64,000 bases of DNA, from assembly GCA_043228905.1 (NCBI GenBank), contig JBHGNT010000004.1, positions 11,966,001-12,030,000 on the forward strand. The letters are read 5' to 3'. This document shows, in pieces, positions 34,553 through 47,100 of the stretch. The stretch is from Azolla caroliniana. Lineage: Eukaryota; Plantae; Polypodiophyta. The notes under the pieces are model-generated. The model worked only from the letters and a program-made list of their open reading frames with translations, was not told the DNA's origin and ran no database searches. Both the position numbers and the translations under genes were made by a program. Numbering within the stretch: the stretch's first letter is position 1; the number at the start of each line of letters is the position of its first letter.

Positions 34553-36707
34553 CGTTCATGCCCCTAAACACACATAATATTCAAGTTTGACATTAAAGAT
34601 TGAAACCACGAAAATAAAAGCAAGAGTAAGTATGCAAACAAAATTTGGTAAAAGGGAATATAAGTGCATGTTTTACTCAATATCTTTCTAGTATGTGCTC
34701 ATAGTGCTCATTTCTCCTATCTCTCTTTACCAATTTTCTGTTTCCCTCTTTATGTCTCAATATCATGTTTCATATATCACTTCTCCTATCTCACTTTACC
34801 AAATTACTATTTCCCTTTTTATGTCTCAATAATGATGAAAACATGTTTTACTCAATAATAATGAAAACATATAATGTTTGGTGACATAATAATCTTGAAA
34901 TCTCTATTTTTTTCTCTGTTTTCATTATTATGTCACCAAACATTATATGTTTTCATTATCTCATGATATTGAGACATAAAAATGTTCAAATGAAAAAACA
35001 GAAAAAACATAAATATGTATGAGGTAAAACAAAAGAAAATCATAGAAATAAAAAGAGAAAAGTTTCATTTACATACCTGTGATTCTTGCTTGCAAGTTGC
35101 GATAGAGAAGTGGTCGACGAGGAAAGAGAGAAGAAGACACAGAATATGTCGATTTTGAACCCTAAATGAAAAAACAGAAAAAAGCATAAATATGTATGGG
35201 GTAAAATAGAAATCCATCATGTTCATAAGTGGAGAAAAGTTTATTTGCACACCTGTGATTCTTGCTTGTGATAAAGAGAAGAAGACACAGAAGAAGACAC
35301 AGAAGATACAGAAACAGAGAAGCGAGGAAACAGAGAAGAAGACACAAAAATTCACGATTTTGAATTTCCCCCAAATAGACCCCAAAATAGTTTTCTCTCT
35401 CTTACTTTTCATTTTTGTTTTTTAATGTTTTTTTGCTTTTTATTTTTTCTTATTTGTTTTTATTTGTTTTTATTTTTATTTGTGCTTGGACGGCCTTGAT
35501 CATCCGAGATTCCCGAGATGAGTTCAAGGCCGTCCAAGCCCTAGATTCACTCCCTCTTCACATTTATGAACCTGAGGTCGAATAGAGACGAGGCTATAGA
35601 GAGGATCCTTGGGTACATACATACATACATACTTAGTTAGGCTCTTAGAAATGCGAGCCATCTCGAGTGTGAAGCTAAGGCTGCCAAACAAAGAGATGAC
35701 CAATTTCAGAGTGCAGAAACAGCATACAACAGGCAGCAGGCAGACACATAGAGACCTCAGACCATCGCTTTTTGTTTGGAAAACAGATTATAAAATATCT
35801 CAGGTAATAATATACATACATATTACATCTTATGGTTGTACATAGCAATCATTCATTGTCTCTGATTCAAATCGAAAAAATCTGTACGATTTGAAGAACA
35901 CTGAAATAGGATCAATCATCACGTATTAAGGTTAAAACAACACATAGCTAAATCCATCATTTGAGAGAGGAGTCTGCCTGCCCAACCATCTCTTCGCGTT
36001 TCTTAGATACATATCGAGAGGTTTAGATTGTATTTAGCTCTAAGCTGACACATAATGCATTTCTTTTTCTTTATGCCCAACATGGTATTACAGTGAATCA
36101 TACCCACCATTCGAACAATCCTCATTGTAGATTCTTAGAGTACCCTAGACATTTGTCACCCAAAGAGGTGCATGTCTGTCACTTAGTGTCTCAGCATTTA
36201 TGCCTAACATGTTTTTGAGCATCATATCTACCATTTGAAACATGCATCTCTATAGAAGTCTCATAAATATTTATCACCGGAGAAGGTGCTTGTGCGTCGT
36301 TGGGCTCTACAGCAGATCTGTCAAATGTAAGGTTGCAATGACTGCCATGGCTTGGATGTGTGTGATCTTTGGGACTTTGGATCTTCAGTGTTGTATGATA
36401 CAACACATTGGGGGAGGTACGTTGTTTGTGCATGTGACATTGACCAGACTGATGTTCTTCAGTTGGTAAGGGTGTTTTATGGATACCAGAAGGTCGTGCA
36501 TTTGATCCCTATCTTCTGCAAGGTCACCCCATAAATAAATTAGTAGGATTGGAACTCAAGATAATATGCCCAATCCCCACATTCACAAGGTCCTAGTAAA
36601 TTAGTGAGATTGGAAACCAAGTGATACATCCTCCAATACATATAAGAAATGAAAAAGAGAGTGCGTTATATATACTTCAGCAGAATGTCTGATATAGAAG
36701 AAAAAGT

Positions 36708-38777
36708 ATGACAAAGAAATTGCTTCACTGCAGTCATGGTGAAAAAAGTGACACTTTTGCTGAGCTGCTCAAGCTTTGCACCAAGAAAAAAGACCTTTCT
36801 GAAGGTATTAGACTTCATGATGATATCTTTAAAAAGGGATTGCTTCAAAAGAGTCCTTACCTAGCTAGCATTCTAATCACTTTGTACTCTAAATGTGGGG
36901 TTCTTGCAAAATCACAGAAAGTTCACGAAGAGCTTCATGTCAGAAATGCAGTTTCATGGTCTGCATTGATATCAGCATATGCCCGAGAAGCTCGAGGTCA
37001 CGAAGCACTGAACTGTTTTGGGCAAATGCAAAATGAGGGCTTCTCTCCAGATGCCATCACATTCATTTCTGTCTTGAAGGCATGTGGTAGCTCCAGAGAT
37101 ATCAATAAGGGAAAAGAAATTCATGAGGAGGTTGTTTGTAGAGGCTTTCTCAATAAGAATATCACCCTTGGGACAGCCTTGTTGGATATGTATGTGAAAT
37201 GTGGCATGTTGAGGAAATCATGGGAGGTTCTAGAAGAGCTTCCTGAACGAAATGAAGTGACTTGGTCAGCATTAATTGCAGGGTATGCTCAACAAGGGCA
37301 TGTTCATGAAGCATTTAACTGCTTCATGATGATGCAATATGAGGGCCTCTCTCCAGACTCAGTTACCTTCACTTCCATTTTGAAGGCATGTGGCAGCATA
37401 TATGCACTGGAAAAAGGTCAACTGATACATGATGAAATTGTCGACAGGGGATTGCTGAAGAAAGACAATTTTCTTGGTAATGCATTGGTGGATATGTACG
37501 CAAAATGTGGTGCACTTGCAAAAGCACAACTAGTGCATGATGAATCCAATGTTCAAAACATTGTCTCTTGGTCGGCGCTAATTTCTGGGTATGCTGAACA
37601 TATGCACGGCCATGAAGCACTTGATTGTTTTCGAAGAATGCAACTCGAATGCATTTCTCCTGATACTATTACTTTTATTTGCATTTTGAAGGCTTGTTGT
37701 GGTACATTGTCTATTCATAAGGGCCAACAAATTCACCATGAGATTATCAGCAGAGGCTTGCTAGAAAAGAATGGTGTGCTAGGCAATGCTTTGGTAGATA
37801 TGTATGTCAAATGCGGTATGCTTCCGAAAGCACAACAGGTTCATGACAATCTTCAAGATCGAAATGTTGTCTCTTGGTCTACGTTAATTGCTGGGTATGT
37901 AGAACAAGGACAAGGTCATGAAGCACTAAACTGTTTCGAATGGATGCAAAATGAAGAAGGTTTGTATCCAAATATGGTCACTTTCACATGCATCTTGAAA
38001 GCTTGTGCCATTACAGGAGCTATAAACAAGGGTAAAGAAATCCATGATTTGATTCTTCGTAGGGGCTTGCTAGAGAAAGATATTGTGCTTGGCAATGCTT
38101 TGGTTGATATGTATGCCAAATGTGGCATGTTCACAGAAGCACAAGAAGTACATGAGCAGATTCCTGTTAGAACTATAATTTCTTCAAATGCACTAATTGC
38201 TGGATATGCACACAAGGGGAGAGGTCACGAAGCTCTAGACTGTTTCTACCGAATGCAATGTGAGGGCCTCTCCCCGAATGATATAACTTTCTTATGTGTG
38301 CTGAATGCATGCAGCCAATCAGGGCTGGTGGATGAAGCTGAAATGCATTTTATGAATATGGGCAATGTATATGGCATCAAACCAAATGTGGAGCACTATA
38401 CTTGGATGGTGCTTATTTTTGCTTCTGTGGGAGATTTTGATAAGGCAATGTCTGTGATTCGAACAATACCAACACCTTGTGATTATTGTCCAATTTGGCA
38501 TGCACTGTTGGGCGCTTGTAGAAAATGGGGAAATGTGGAACTTGGGAGATTGGCTTTTGATTGGGTACTACAACTCGATAATACATGTGCTGCAGCTTAC
38601 GTGCTTATGTCTAGTATCTATGCAGCAGCTGGTATGCAAGAGGATGCAAAAATGGTTGATATCATGAGACTGAAAAACATGGTTTCTGCACAGCCGGAAA
38701 GCCTCAAGTGGGTGGATTCAAGTGGCAGTGCTTATTTGTTTTTTGTATGTGAACCGCACGCATCTTTTCATAATTGA
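36708..38777 (+). CDS. PLS-class pentatricopeptide repeat protein with E domain, 689 aa (organellar RNA-editing factor type), intronless
   Basis: Repeated P-L-S triplets (VSWSALISGY / TFICILKAC / LGNALVDMYAKCG), IWHALLGACRKWGNVELG and AYVLMSSIYAAAG. No DYW domain. Confidence 0.93.
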   Translation: MTKKLLHCSHGEKSDTFAELLKLCTKKKDLSEGIRLHDDIFKKGLLQKSPYLASILITLYSKCGVLAKSQKVHEELHVRNAVSWSALISAYAREARGHEALNCFGQMQNEGFSPDAITFISVLKACGSSRDINKGKEIHEEVVCRGFLNKNITLGTALLDMYVKCGMLRKSWEVLEELPERNEVTWSALIAGYAQQGHVHEAFNCFMMMQYEGLSPDSVTFTSILKACGSIYALEKGQLIHDEIVDRGLLKKDNFLGNALVDMYAKCGALAKAQLVHDESNVQNIVSWSALISGYAEHMHGHEALDCFRRMQLECISPDTITFICILKACCGTLSIHKGQQIHHEIISRGLLEKNGVLGNALVDMYVKCGMLPKAQQVHDNLQDRNVVSWSTLIAGYVEQGQGHEALNCFEWMQNEEGLYPNMVTFTCILKACAITGAINKGKEIHDLILRRGLLEKDIVLGNALVDMYAKCGMFTEAQEVHEQIPVRTIISSNALIAGYAHKGRGHEALDCFYRMQCEGLSPNDITFLCVLNACSQSGLVDEAEMHFMNMGNVYGIKPNVEHYTWMVLIFASVGDFDKAMSVIRTIPTPCDYCPIWHALLGACRKWGNVELGRLAFDWVLQLDNTCAAAYVLMSSIYAAAGMQEDAKMVDIMRLKNMVSAQPESLKWVDSSGSAYLFFVCEPHASFHN

Positions 38778-39767
38778 ATGTATTCTATTTACATGAGTTT
38801 AACACTTCAGAACTAGGCATTGTCCTCACCGGCGTGTATGAAAGAAAGCCATACATACGCAAATGATGTTAGGGTAGACATGGACCTCTGGTGATATAGT
38901 GGATGCAATCATGGACCTTCCACTAGACCAGTTTCAGATTGTCTTTCGGTGCTTTGAAGCACCATAATCAAGAAAGCATTTTGTACATTAACATTCTTTT
39001 GTTGGTTTTTCACTTCATATTCAGGTTCCCCGCTCTTTTGTACATTAACATTCTTTGTGGGTCTTTCGCTTCATATTGAGAGGTTTCCCACTCTCTAGTA
39101 ATACAAGTTACTCCCAAAAATTGAAGGAAAATGGGGTAATTGGTATGATTGTATTATTGTCTTGAAGAATATGAAAAAATGCTATAAGTTTTTTATGTTC
39201 ACATCCAAGGAGAGTACTCTATCTAAATCACTAGTTAGCTTGTATTTAGATTCATAAGGACTTATAGTTATATATTGTGCTTCTAATCCAATAGGTTAGC
39301 ATTTGCTGATTTAGATCCAATTTGTAGGAAAACTTCTTGATGAACGGTTCTTTATTCCCATTGCTTTAAACTAAGACTTTTTGGTGAAATTTGAGGTTTG
39401 GTGTATTCTATAAATGACTTTTGTCCCCTTAACAAATATAGGTTAAAGTTTGTGTTCACATAAAACCAAAGGTGTCATTTATTTACCATATGTTTTCCTA
39501 TATGTTTCTCTACATAGAACCATCTTTTTCATGTATATACCAAAATTTTCATCAAGTAGTTCATATTCTAAATTTCACATATATAAAAGACAGAAACTAT
39601 TTGAGTTCAACACTAAATGCTCTAGCATCTCTTTTCTGAGTTGAATGACAATCAAGGGTTTTCTTGGTGATATGAAATTTGGGTTCTTTGTATGTTCTAT
39701 TTATGTGAATCTAATGGGAGGGTGAATTTTTTACTAGTCGTGGAGGAGACATTATATATATAAAAAA

Positions 39768-39935
39768 GGGAAAAGTACTAGGATACCCCTGGAAGTTCAT
39801 CTATTTACCAGAATGCCCCTGGAAGTTCCAAGTAGTGTAATTTTTTGGACATAGGGGTAAGTTTGGTAAATTTGGAACTTCCAGGGGCATTCTGGTAAAT
39901 AGACGAACTTCCAAGGGTATCCTGGTACTTTTCCC
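39768..39935. mobile_element. Mutator-like MITE, 168 bp
   Basis: ~64-bp near-perfect TIRs (GGGAAAAGTAC...GTACTTTTCCC). Flanks TATAAAAAA and TAAAAAAAA fit a 9-bp TSD with one mismatch. Confidence 0.8.
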
Positions 39936-40021
39936 TAAAAAAAAACCAAAGGTTAATGACAAGTTGAGCTATAATGCATATATTGCTATGCTCTTATATA
40001 GGCCAAATTGGCCTCTTTATG

Positions 40022-40185
40022 TAGGACCTAAAAAAGCAATGTATGGAATGGTGGTGACTAGCATGTTAAAACACTTCTATAGGATCTTTTAAAAGCAATG
40101 TGTCCAGGGGGGGTAACTAACAAGTTAATACACTTCCATAGGATCTTTTCGTAGCAATGCATGGAATGGTGGTGATTAGCATGTG
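40022..40185. repeat. Diverged ~59-bp tandem repeat (~2.7 copies)
   Basis: TAGGA...AGCAATG...GGTGACTAGCATGT motif recurs three times. Confidence 0.65.
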
Positions 40186-42182
40186 CTTTGGGGTTTCATT
40201 TCCAAAATTTCCCTCCCTTCCTTTAGTGCAACTTGTGTAAAAAAGGTAGGGCATTTCCTTGATGTTTCTATTATTATAACGTTCCAATGAAGCCCATACT
40301 ATGATCTAGAGTAAGAAAATGAAATGACCTCTCCACAAAGAGAATTTAAGAAACAAGACATAACGAGCGAAAGTCATAGTGATGCACTACCTCTCCTTTG
40401 TTAATGTATGATGGATGGGCTGAGCTATCAAGAGATCATCATATTACATCTCATGGTCATTGAGTTAACCTATAAATTTATGAAAGATATAACTTCCCTT
40501 ATTTCAAAGAGAATAAATCAACATTAAAGTTGAAGAATAAAATAACTTGAGCTTCTTGCTTTTATCTTTACATATAACATTCATAAAAAAAGGTTGGAAA
40601 CTTGGGTCTCTTTTTTACATTGTGGCTTCCTTCTAATGAATGAATTAGAGAACGACATTTTGTGAGCTCTTCTATCTAGAGGGAGACTAAGGAAATATGT
40701 TTTTCCTTTTCACTACAAACTACACACAAGTGTAAGGGGGTGTCGACTCTTGATAGAAAGGTACAAATATGAACTCATATTTAGGCACTGCGTTGAAAAT
40801 GTACTAAATATTCAACACTTCATCTATCTTAAATCACCACGCAAACTCCATAATTTGTAAGAATTGCAACACTCCATTCTTGTTCGTAAGCATTTGCACA
40901 CAACTTGGAACCATCGTGCACAAATGGAATGTCTGCCGGCCGAGCTCCATTTTAGTTACCGATACGTCTTCCTAAATGAGGAAGTGTGAAGACAAGGAAA
41001 TACGAGCAAAAGAATTGCACATATGGTCTCGTCGGAGTCTCCGAAGAGGAAATGTTGAAGGAAACTATTGCAAGAGCTTTTGGTGAATGAAAGCATGGCT
41101 GCAATTGCATAAGAAGAGTTTAGCATAGAATAACAAGGAATGCACCAAGTTCAGTGTTGTAATAGAGGACATTTAAGAAATGCACCAAGTTTAGTGATAT
41201 AATAGAGTACATTTAATGTGCAACTGACATGTGGTAGATTCAGGGAACATCTTAGCTTCTGAGTTGATAGTAAAGATCAATGTCATCATATGTAATAATG
41301 TAATAAATGTTTCAGATTTGAGGATGAAATGCCATGTAGCTCATTGCGATTAATAAGACGAGTAGTTTGTACGCTAGAATAACATTGCTTCTTGGGATTT
41401 ATAAAGATGAGGGAAATTTATGCCGATCGTAAACAATGCATCATTGTTTTTTCTCTTGCAGAGAAAGATTCGGTTGAAATATCATTGGTTCCAACAAGGC
41501 ATCATGTGCTCTAAAGGAGGCTTAGAAGCATGACTTTTTTTACACATCATATAAGAGACCTTAGACGTGCCCACCAATCTAATCTAATAAATTATTTCTT
41601 CGCGATAAATCCTTATTGGAATTCCCAGATTTAGGCAATGGGTTGAACGCAACATTTATGGTAGAGATTCTTCATATTTTAGTTTAAGGTCATGCCCAAT
41701 AATAGCTGATTTCTCTTGAATATGTATGTCCTGGGTTTACAAATTGGAAATGATCATGTTGTTGCCTTTTAAAGGAGGAGGATGCAAAGGGAAAGGTTAT
41801 ATGATTATGAGAGTTGAGATAAGCCTCGTTGCCAAATCAGAATGGCTTCTTTTTTGCCAATTAAAAATTTGACAGCATTTGTATGTTCAGGAAAAGAACA
41901 AAGCCTTCACGTGTCTTAAAAATTCAAATTCTAACAAAGGTCCGAAGTATACCACTCTATTTGGCGACAATGAATGAATGATATAAGTCTATTGAAACAT
42001 CCATAGTAGCTCTCACACATACACGTAAAGGGAATCACATCCATCTGATGAAGAAACAATGTAATTTGTGGCCGATCTTAATAATATTTGTAATAATAAT
42101 AAGAAGAAGAATATATGTAGCCCATCCAACCAACGATTGATTCTCCACTATTCGTAGAGCTAGCTGCCTGCACACCCACCTC

Positions 42183-42184
<2 letters not shown>

Positions 42185-42234
<50 letters not shown>

Positions 42235-42652
42235 GGATTAAAACAACAAGCACCTTATATTGTATGAGTATGTATAATACCCTGACCCCCTTATTATTAT
42301 TATTATATAAGTTAGTTAGTTAAGGAGGAGGAGGAGGTAAGTGGGAGAAAAAGGCTCCACTTTACATACTTCACGGCAGAACGCCAGACAAAGGATTCAG
42401 TCAGTCAGTCAGCCCAGTCATTTCCTTCCTTCCTTCCTCCCTCCTCCAACATATGTATGTATGTACATACGTACATACTACTCAATGCTCATACATACAT
42501 ACATACATACATACATACTCAATACATACATACATACATACATACATACATACATGATACTCAATACATATGTATGTATTGATATGAATGAATGAATGAA
42601 TTGCAATTCGATTCCTACGTGTGCTCTCTCTCTCTCTCTCTCTCTCTCTACC

Positions 42653-42688
<36 letters not shown>

Positions 42689-43282
42689 CGCTCAGGCCAA
42701 AGCAAATAAAAAAGCCAAACAAACGCCAAAAAGCTTGGGTTCGCCATATAACACAGAGACAGAGACAGAGAAAGAGACAGACTAGACTGCCTATGATTTC
42801 TTCTCAGATCTCTATACATACATATATATGTAGTTCCTGCCTGCATCATACCTTCCCTTCTTCTTCCGACAGACCCGAGACAGCCAGCTCTTCATCGCCG
42901 CTTCTCTTTTTACTTTTTTGTTTTTTTTACCACCCACCACCCCCCTTCAGCTCCTTCCTTTCCTGCTTCCATTCACAGATTCCGCCGGATCTCTGCAAAC
43001 TTTGACGACTAAATCTCTAACTCTCTCTCTCTCTCTCTCCCCCCAAGTTATGTATGTACCACCAGTAAACGTACTAAATTTGTGTGCGCACTCACAGTAT
43101 GTACAACCTTTCTAAACAGAGGCGCGAAAATTACTGAAATTCGACTCCGGCTTTTGCTGCATTTTCCGGTATGGTTTGGTTTGGTATGCTATGGTAGGTA
43201 TTATGCTATGTATGCTATGGAAAGAGAGAAGAGAAGAGAAGAGAAGAGAAGTAACTGCTCCCTCCCTCCCTGCATATTATGC

Positions 43283-43320
<38 letters not shown>

Positions 43321-44100
43321 CTGGCAAACGTAGCAGAGAGCAGACAGGAGGCAGAGAATTAGGCGTTCCGAGTTTCCTATTCGCCATTTCTTAATCTTCT
43401 TCTGGACCACCCTACCTAAACCTTCATCATCCTAGTACTCTTCTATCTGCTTCTTCTTCTATCTTCTTCTTTCTTTTTTTACTTACTCGTCTGACTAATA
43501 AGCCAGCCTTACCGCTAGCTACAGAGAAGGAGAAAGGAGAAAGAAGCTTCTTCTTCACGTAAACCACCACCATAAAGAAAATCCAGGATCGATCATCAGA
43601 AAGAATGTTGTGAGAAACCAGCAAACCCCCTTGTTTCTTGCTTCCTCACCTCACCTCACCTCCTCTCTGAATTTCCAATTTCCATCCCCTTCCCTTCTTC
43701 TTCTTTTCTCTTCTCTCTTCTCTCTTCTTTTCGTTTCGTTGTCGTTGTAGTTAGTCCCTCTCTCCTTTTTTCTTCACATGGTCAAAGCTCATCTTTAGGT
43801 TTTATTTATTATACATAACATACATACATACATACATACATACACACACACATACACATATATATAAGGTATCTTAACGTGCCCTTTTGTCCTTACCTTT
43901 GCCGCTTTCTCTTTCTCTTTCATCTTTTCTAGAGCCTTTTCTCCCTTCTCTCTCTCTCTCTCGGAAACCTGCAAATCTTGCATTCGCCATTGTTATAATC
44001 ATCATAAGCTTTCTAATTCACAAACAGATCTTCTGCCTAAACTTCTTCTTCTTCTTCTTCTTCTTCTCCTCCCTCCTCCCTCCTCCCTCAAGCTTCATAT
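42185..44100. repeat. Dense microsatellite cluster [(GA)n, (TACA)n, (CT)n, (CA)n, (CTT)n] over the putative MAP70 promoter/5' leader
   Basis: Many simple-repeat tracts are directly visible. Confidence 0.85.
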
Positions 44101-44154
44101 ATATAACCTTAGGTATAAAGCTTTGTGCCTCGCATGATATTTACTCTTTAGAGA

Positions 44155-47100
44155 ATGTCAGACCTAGCAAGCAGCATTGATGAAGATGATAATTTCCTTG
44201 ATCATCAGTATAGAATTTCTCGGCAAGCTAATGATTTTGTCCCCAGCTCTTATGGCACCTTACCTATGCCCAAATCCGAGCCTAGATTAAGGCGAAAAGC
44301 CTCCATTAAGCAAAATGCTGATGCTGATGATATATTCAATTTTCTTCCCGGTTCTGATCCACTCAGGATAGAGTTAACAAGACTCGAGAACGAAGTTCGA
44401 GGTGTGTATGACTCAGTTTCGAGCTTCCTTTTAGTGTCTGTGTCTTCTTCTTTTTCGTTTCAGTGAATTTTCATGGGGGTTCGGTATGAGTTTTCTTTTT
44501 TGGTTTGCAGAAAAAGAACGCGAACTGACAGATGCACACGCTGAAATCAAGGCGTTGAAAGTTACTGAGAGATCAAGAGAGAAGGCCTTCGAAGAGGTCT
44601 GGAATTTTGTTTTTCTGATCTATTTCTGCTGCTTCTATGGCTTTAGTTCTGAATGTATTTTTGTTACTAGCTCTCCGATATGTGGAATCTATTATCTTTA
44701 TTAACCTGCTGATTGTACTAAATGCTATTGTCTCTCTATTAGCTGTCCGATGTGCTCACGAAAGTCGAGGGAAAGCTTAAGCAAACAGAAATTGCTTTAG
44801 ACAATAAGGTACAAAACAGTCGAGGCTTTTGATACAAACAAATTGCCATACAGAGGAAACCGTATTCTGTCTCATATTTCTTTTTTTTGGATTTGTATTC
44901 GCAATGCTGCAGAACCTTGAAGCAAAGAAGATCAATGATGAGAAAAAAGCAGCACTTGCTGCTCAATTTGCTGCTGAAGCAACACTACGTCGAGTTCATG
45001 CTGGACAGAAAGATGAAGATATGCCTCCTATAGAAGCTATCCTTGCACCTCTAGAAGCAGAACTGAAGCTTGCTCGCCAAGAGGCATGCTTTGTTTATGG
45101 TTTTGGTTTACTTTATTCTGAAAGAGTAACATATCACACATTATTTACACAACAAATAATGTTTTTTTGTGTGTTCTCTCTCTCTCTCTCTCTGTGTATC
45201 TTCAGATTGCAAAGCTACAAGATGATAATCGAGCTCTTGATAGGCTCACAAAGTCCAAGGAAGCAGCATTGTTGGAGGCTGAACGGACAGTCCAGATTGC
45301 TGAACTCAAAGCTTCGATGGTGGATGATTTGCAAAATCGTAACCAAGAGCTCATGAAACAAATCGACATTTGCCAGGTGTATGTCAATGTTTTTAATGGT
45401 CAATTCTCTGTTGTCTTTGTGTTATCTTGCTATAACCTTATGAACTTGTCTTTCTCACTATAAAGAATGTTGTTTGAATATTTTGGAGAAAATAGGAAGA
45501 GAACAAAATTCTGGATAGAATGCACAGACAGAAGGTAGCAGAAGTTGAAAAATTGAGTACAACAGTTGCTGAACTCGAAGAAGCAGTACTTGCAGGAGGT
45601 GCTGCTGCCAATGCTGTTAGAGAACGTCAACGACAAGTCAAGCAACTATTGGTAAAGTTGCATAGTGCATTTTGGAAGAAACTGTAATTTGTAGATGTTT
45701 GAATTGTTCCCTTCATCAATGTGGGTAGTGTGCTTTTTACAGGAATATGATATCCATGATGTGCATTGATTTCTATGTATGTAATCATATCAGAGAGTTT
45801 TGTTAACTGTTTGAGCCTGAAAATTCTTGTAAATTCCTGGATGCGAGTAGTGTTCTTTCAGCAGCAAATTGCCATTCACAAGGTCGATCAATTCTTTTGT
45901 GCATGTAAGATGTGCAAGACTTTTGTAGGTTCATTGAGCATGAAAATGATTTGCAGCTTCGTAGATGCAAGTAGCGTGTGTTCAGCAGGAATATTTTAGG
46001 TTTTTTTAAGTTGTTTGAGAAAGAAAAATCTTGTATCATCTCATGGATGCGATTACTGTGCATTTTCTGCAGGAATCTACTATCCATGATATGCGTTGAG
46101 TCCTTTTTGAATATAATATCTTCAATATTTTCCTGGGTGATTTGTGCTTGAAAAGACATGTAGTGTCATGGATGTAAAGGAGTCGGTGCGATTCATCGTA
46201 AAAGTTCACGGCAGCCATGGCTCATGTCATTTGTAATTTTTTTCATTCTTACAGGAAGAGAAAAGAACCCTTGAACGAGAGTTGGCGCGAACCAGAGTAT
46301 CAGCTAATAGAGTAGCTACTGTGGTTGCAAACGAATGGAAAGATGGCAATGACAAAGTTATGCCTGTAAAGCAGTGGTTGGAGGAAAGGAAGTTTATTCA
46401 GGTCAGTCAAGCAGGTATACATTTCTTTACTAAGGTTAAAACTCTGTATTTTTCTAATTTCTAGACTTGTTATGATTTAGGGTGAGATGCAACAACTCCG
46501 TGATAAATTGGCTATAGCAGAACGTGCAGCAAAGACTCAACAGCAGTTAAAGGTTCCAAATATCCTGATAAAACTCTTTGGGTTTATCGGCTATATGACA
46601 GATGGATACATTAGATTTTGAGTATATACATTGTTCTTACACAGAACTTTCTGATTTTTTGCAGGAAAAATCACAATTGCGCTTAAGAGTTTTAGAAGAA
46701 GGACTTAAAGCTTCATCTAATGGATCATCACTGAGGGCACCTAATGGTGGAGAGGAGGGGATGCGGAATGGATCAAACGGGCCTTCTAGGAGACAATCCA
46801 TTGGTGGAATAGAAGATCCTTCTAGATTAGGTGCAAGTGCTTACAACAGTAAACGACGTACCGCGACGTCACAATTAAGGGGCTCCATATCTAGCTCTAT
46901 ATTAGTGAGAAATGCAAAGTCCACATCATTATCCTTCAATGGTGGAGGAACAACTGATTCTCTAAATAGGAGTGGAAAGGCTTGCTCCAATGGCTTCACA
47001 GATCATCACAAACAAGCTCTTCCAATTTCCAGAGTAGAAACACAAGATGGCAATCTAGAAGGAAATGAAGACTATGTATCTGGGGTGCTGTATGATATGT

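Larger units (their letters stand above)
28791..35592 (-). mobile_element. Apparently intact autonomous Mutator-superfamily DNA transposon (6802 bp)
   Basis: TIRs at 28791-28902 and 35481-35592 (CTCGTC...GACGAG), with weaker subterminal similarity for another ~110 bp. Identical flanking 12-mer GCTATAGAGAGG at 28779-28790 and 35593-35604. Uninterrupted transposase ORF. Confidence 0.93.

Noticed and set aside
40900-41900. Possible very old copia RT remnant
   Set aside because: Only faint motif resemblance; no ORF or termini could be supported.
42619-42640. miR156/miR535-like site GTGCTCTCTCTCT
   Set aside because: The match is only the start of a (CT)n tract, the seed-pairing end does not match, and there is no hairpin.
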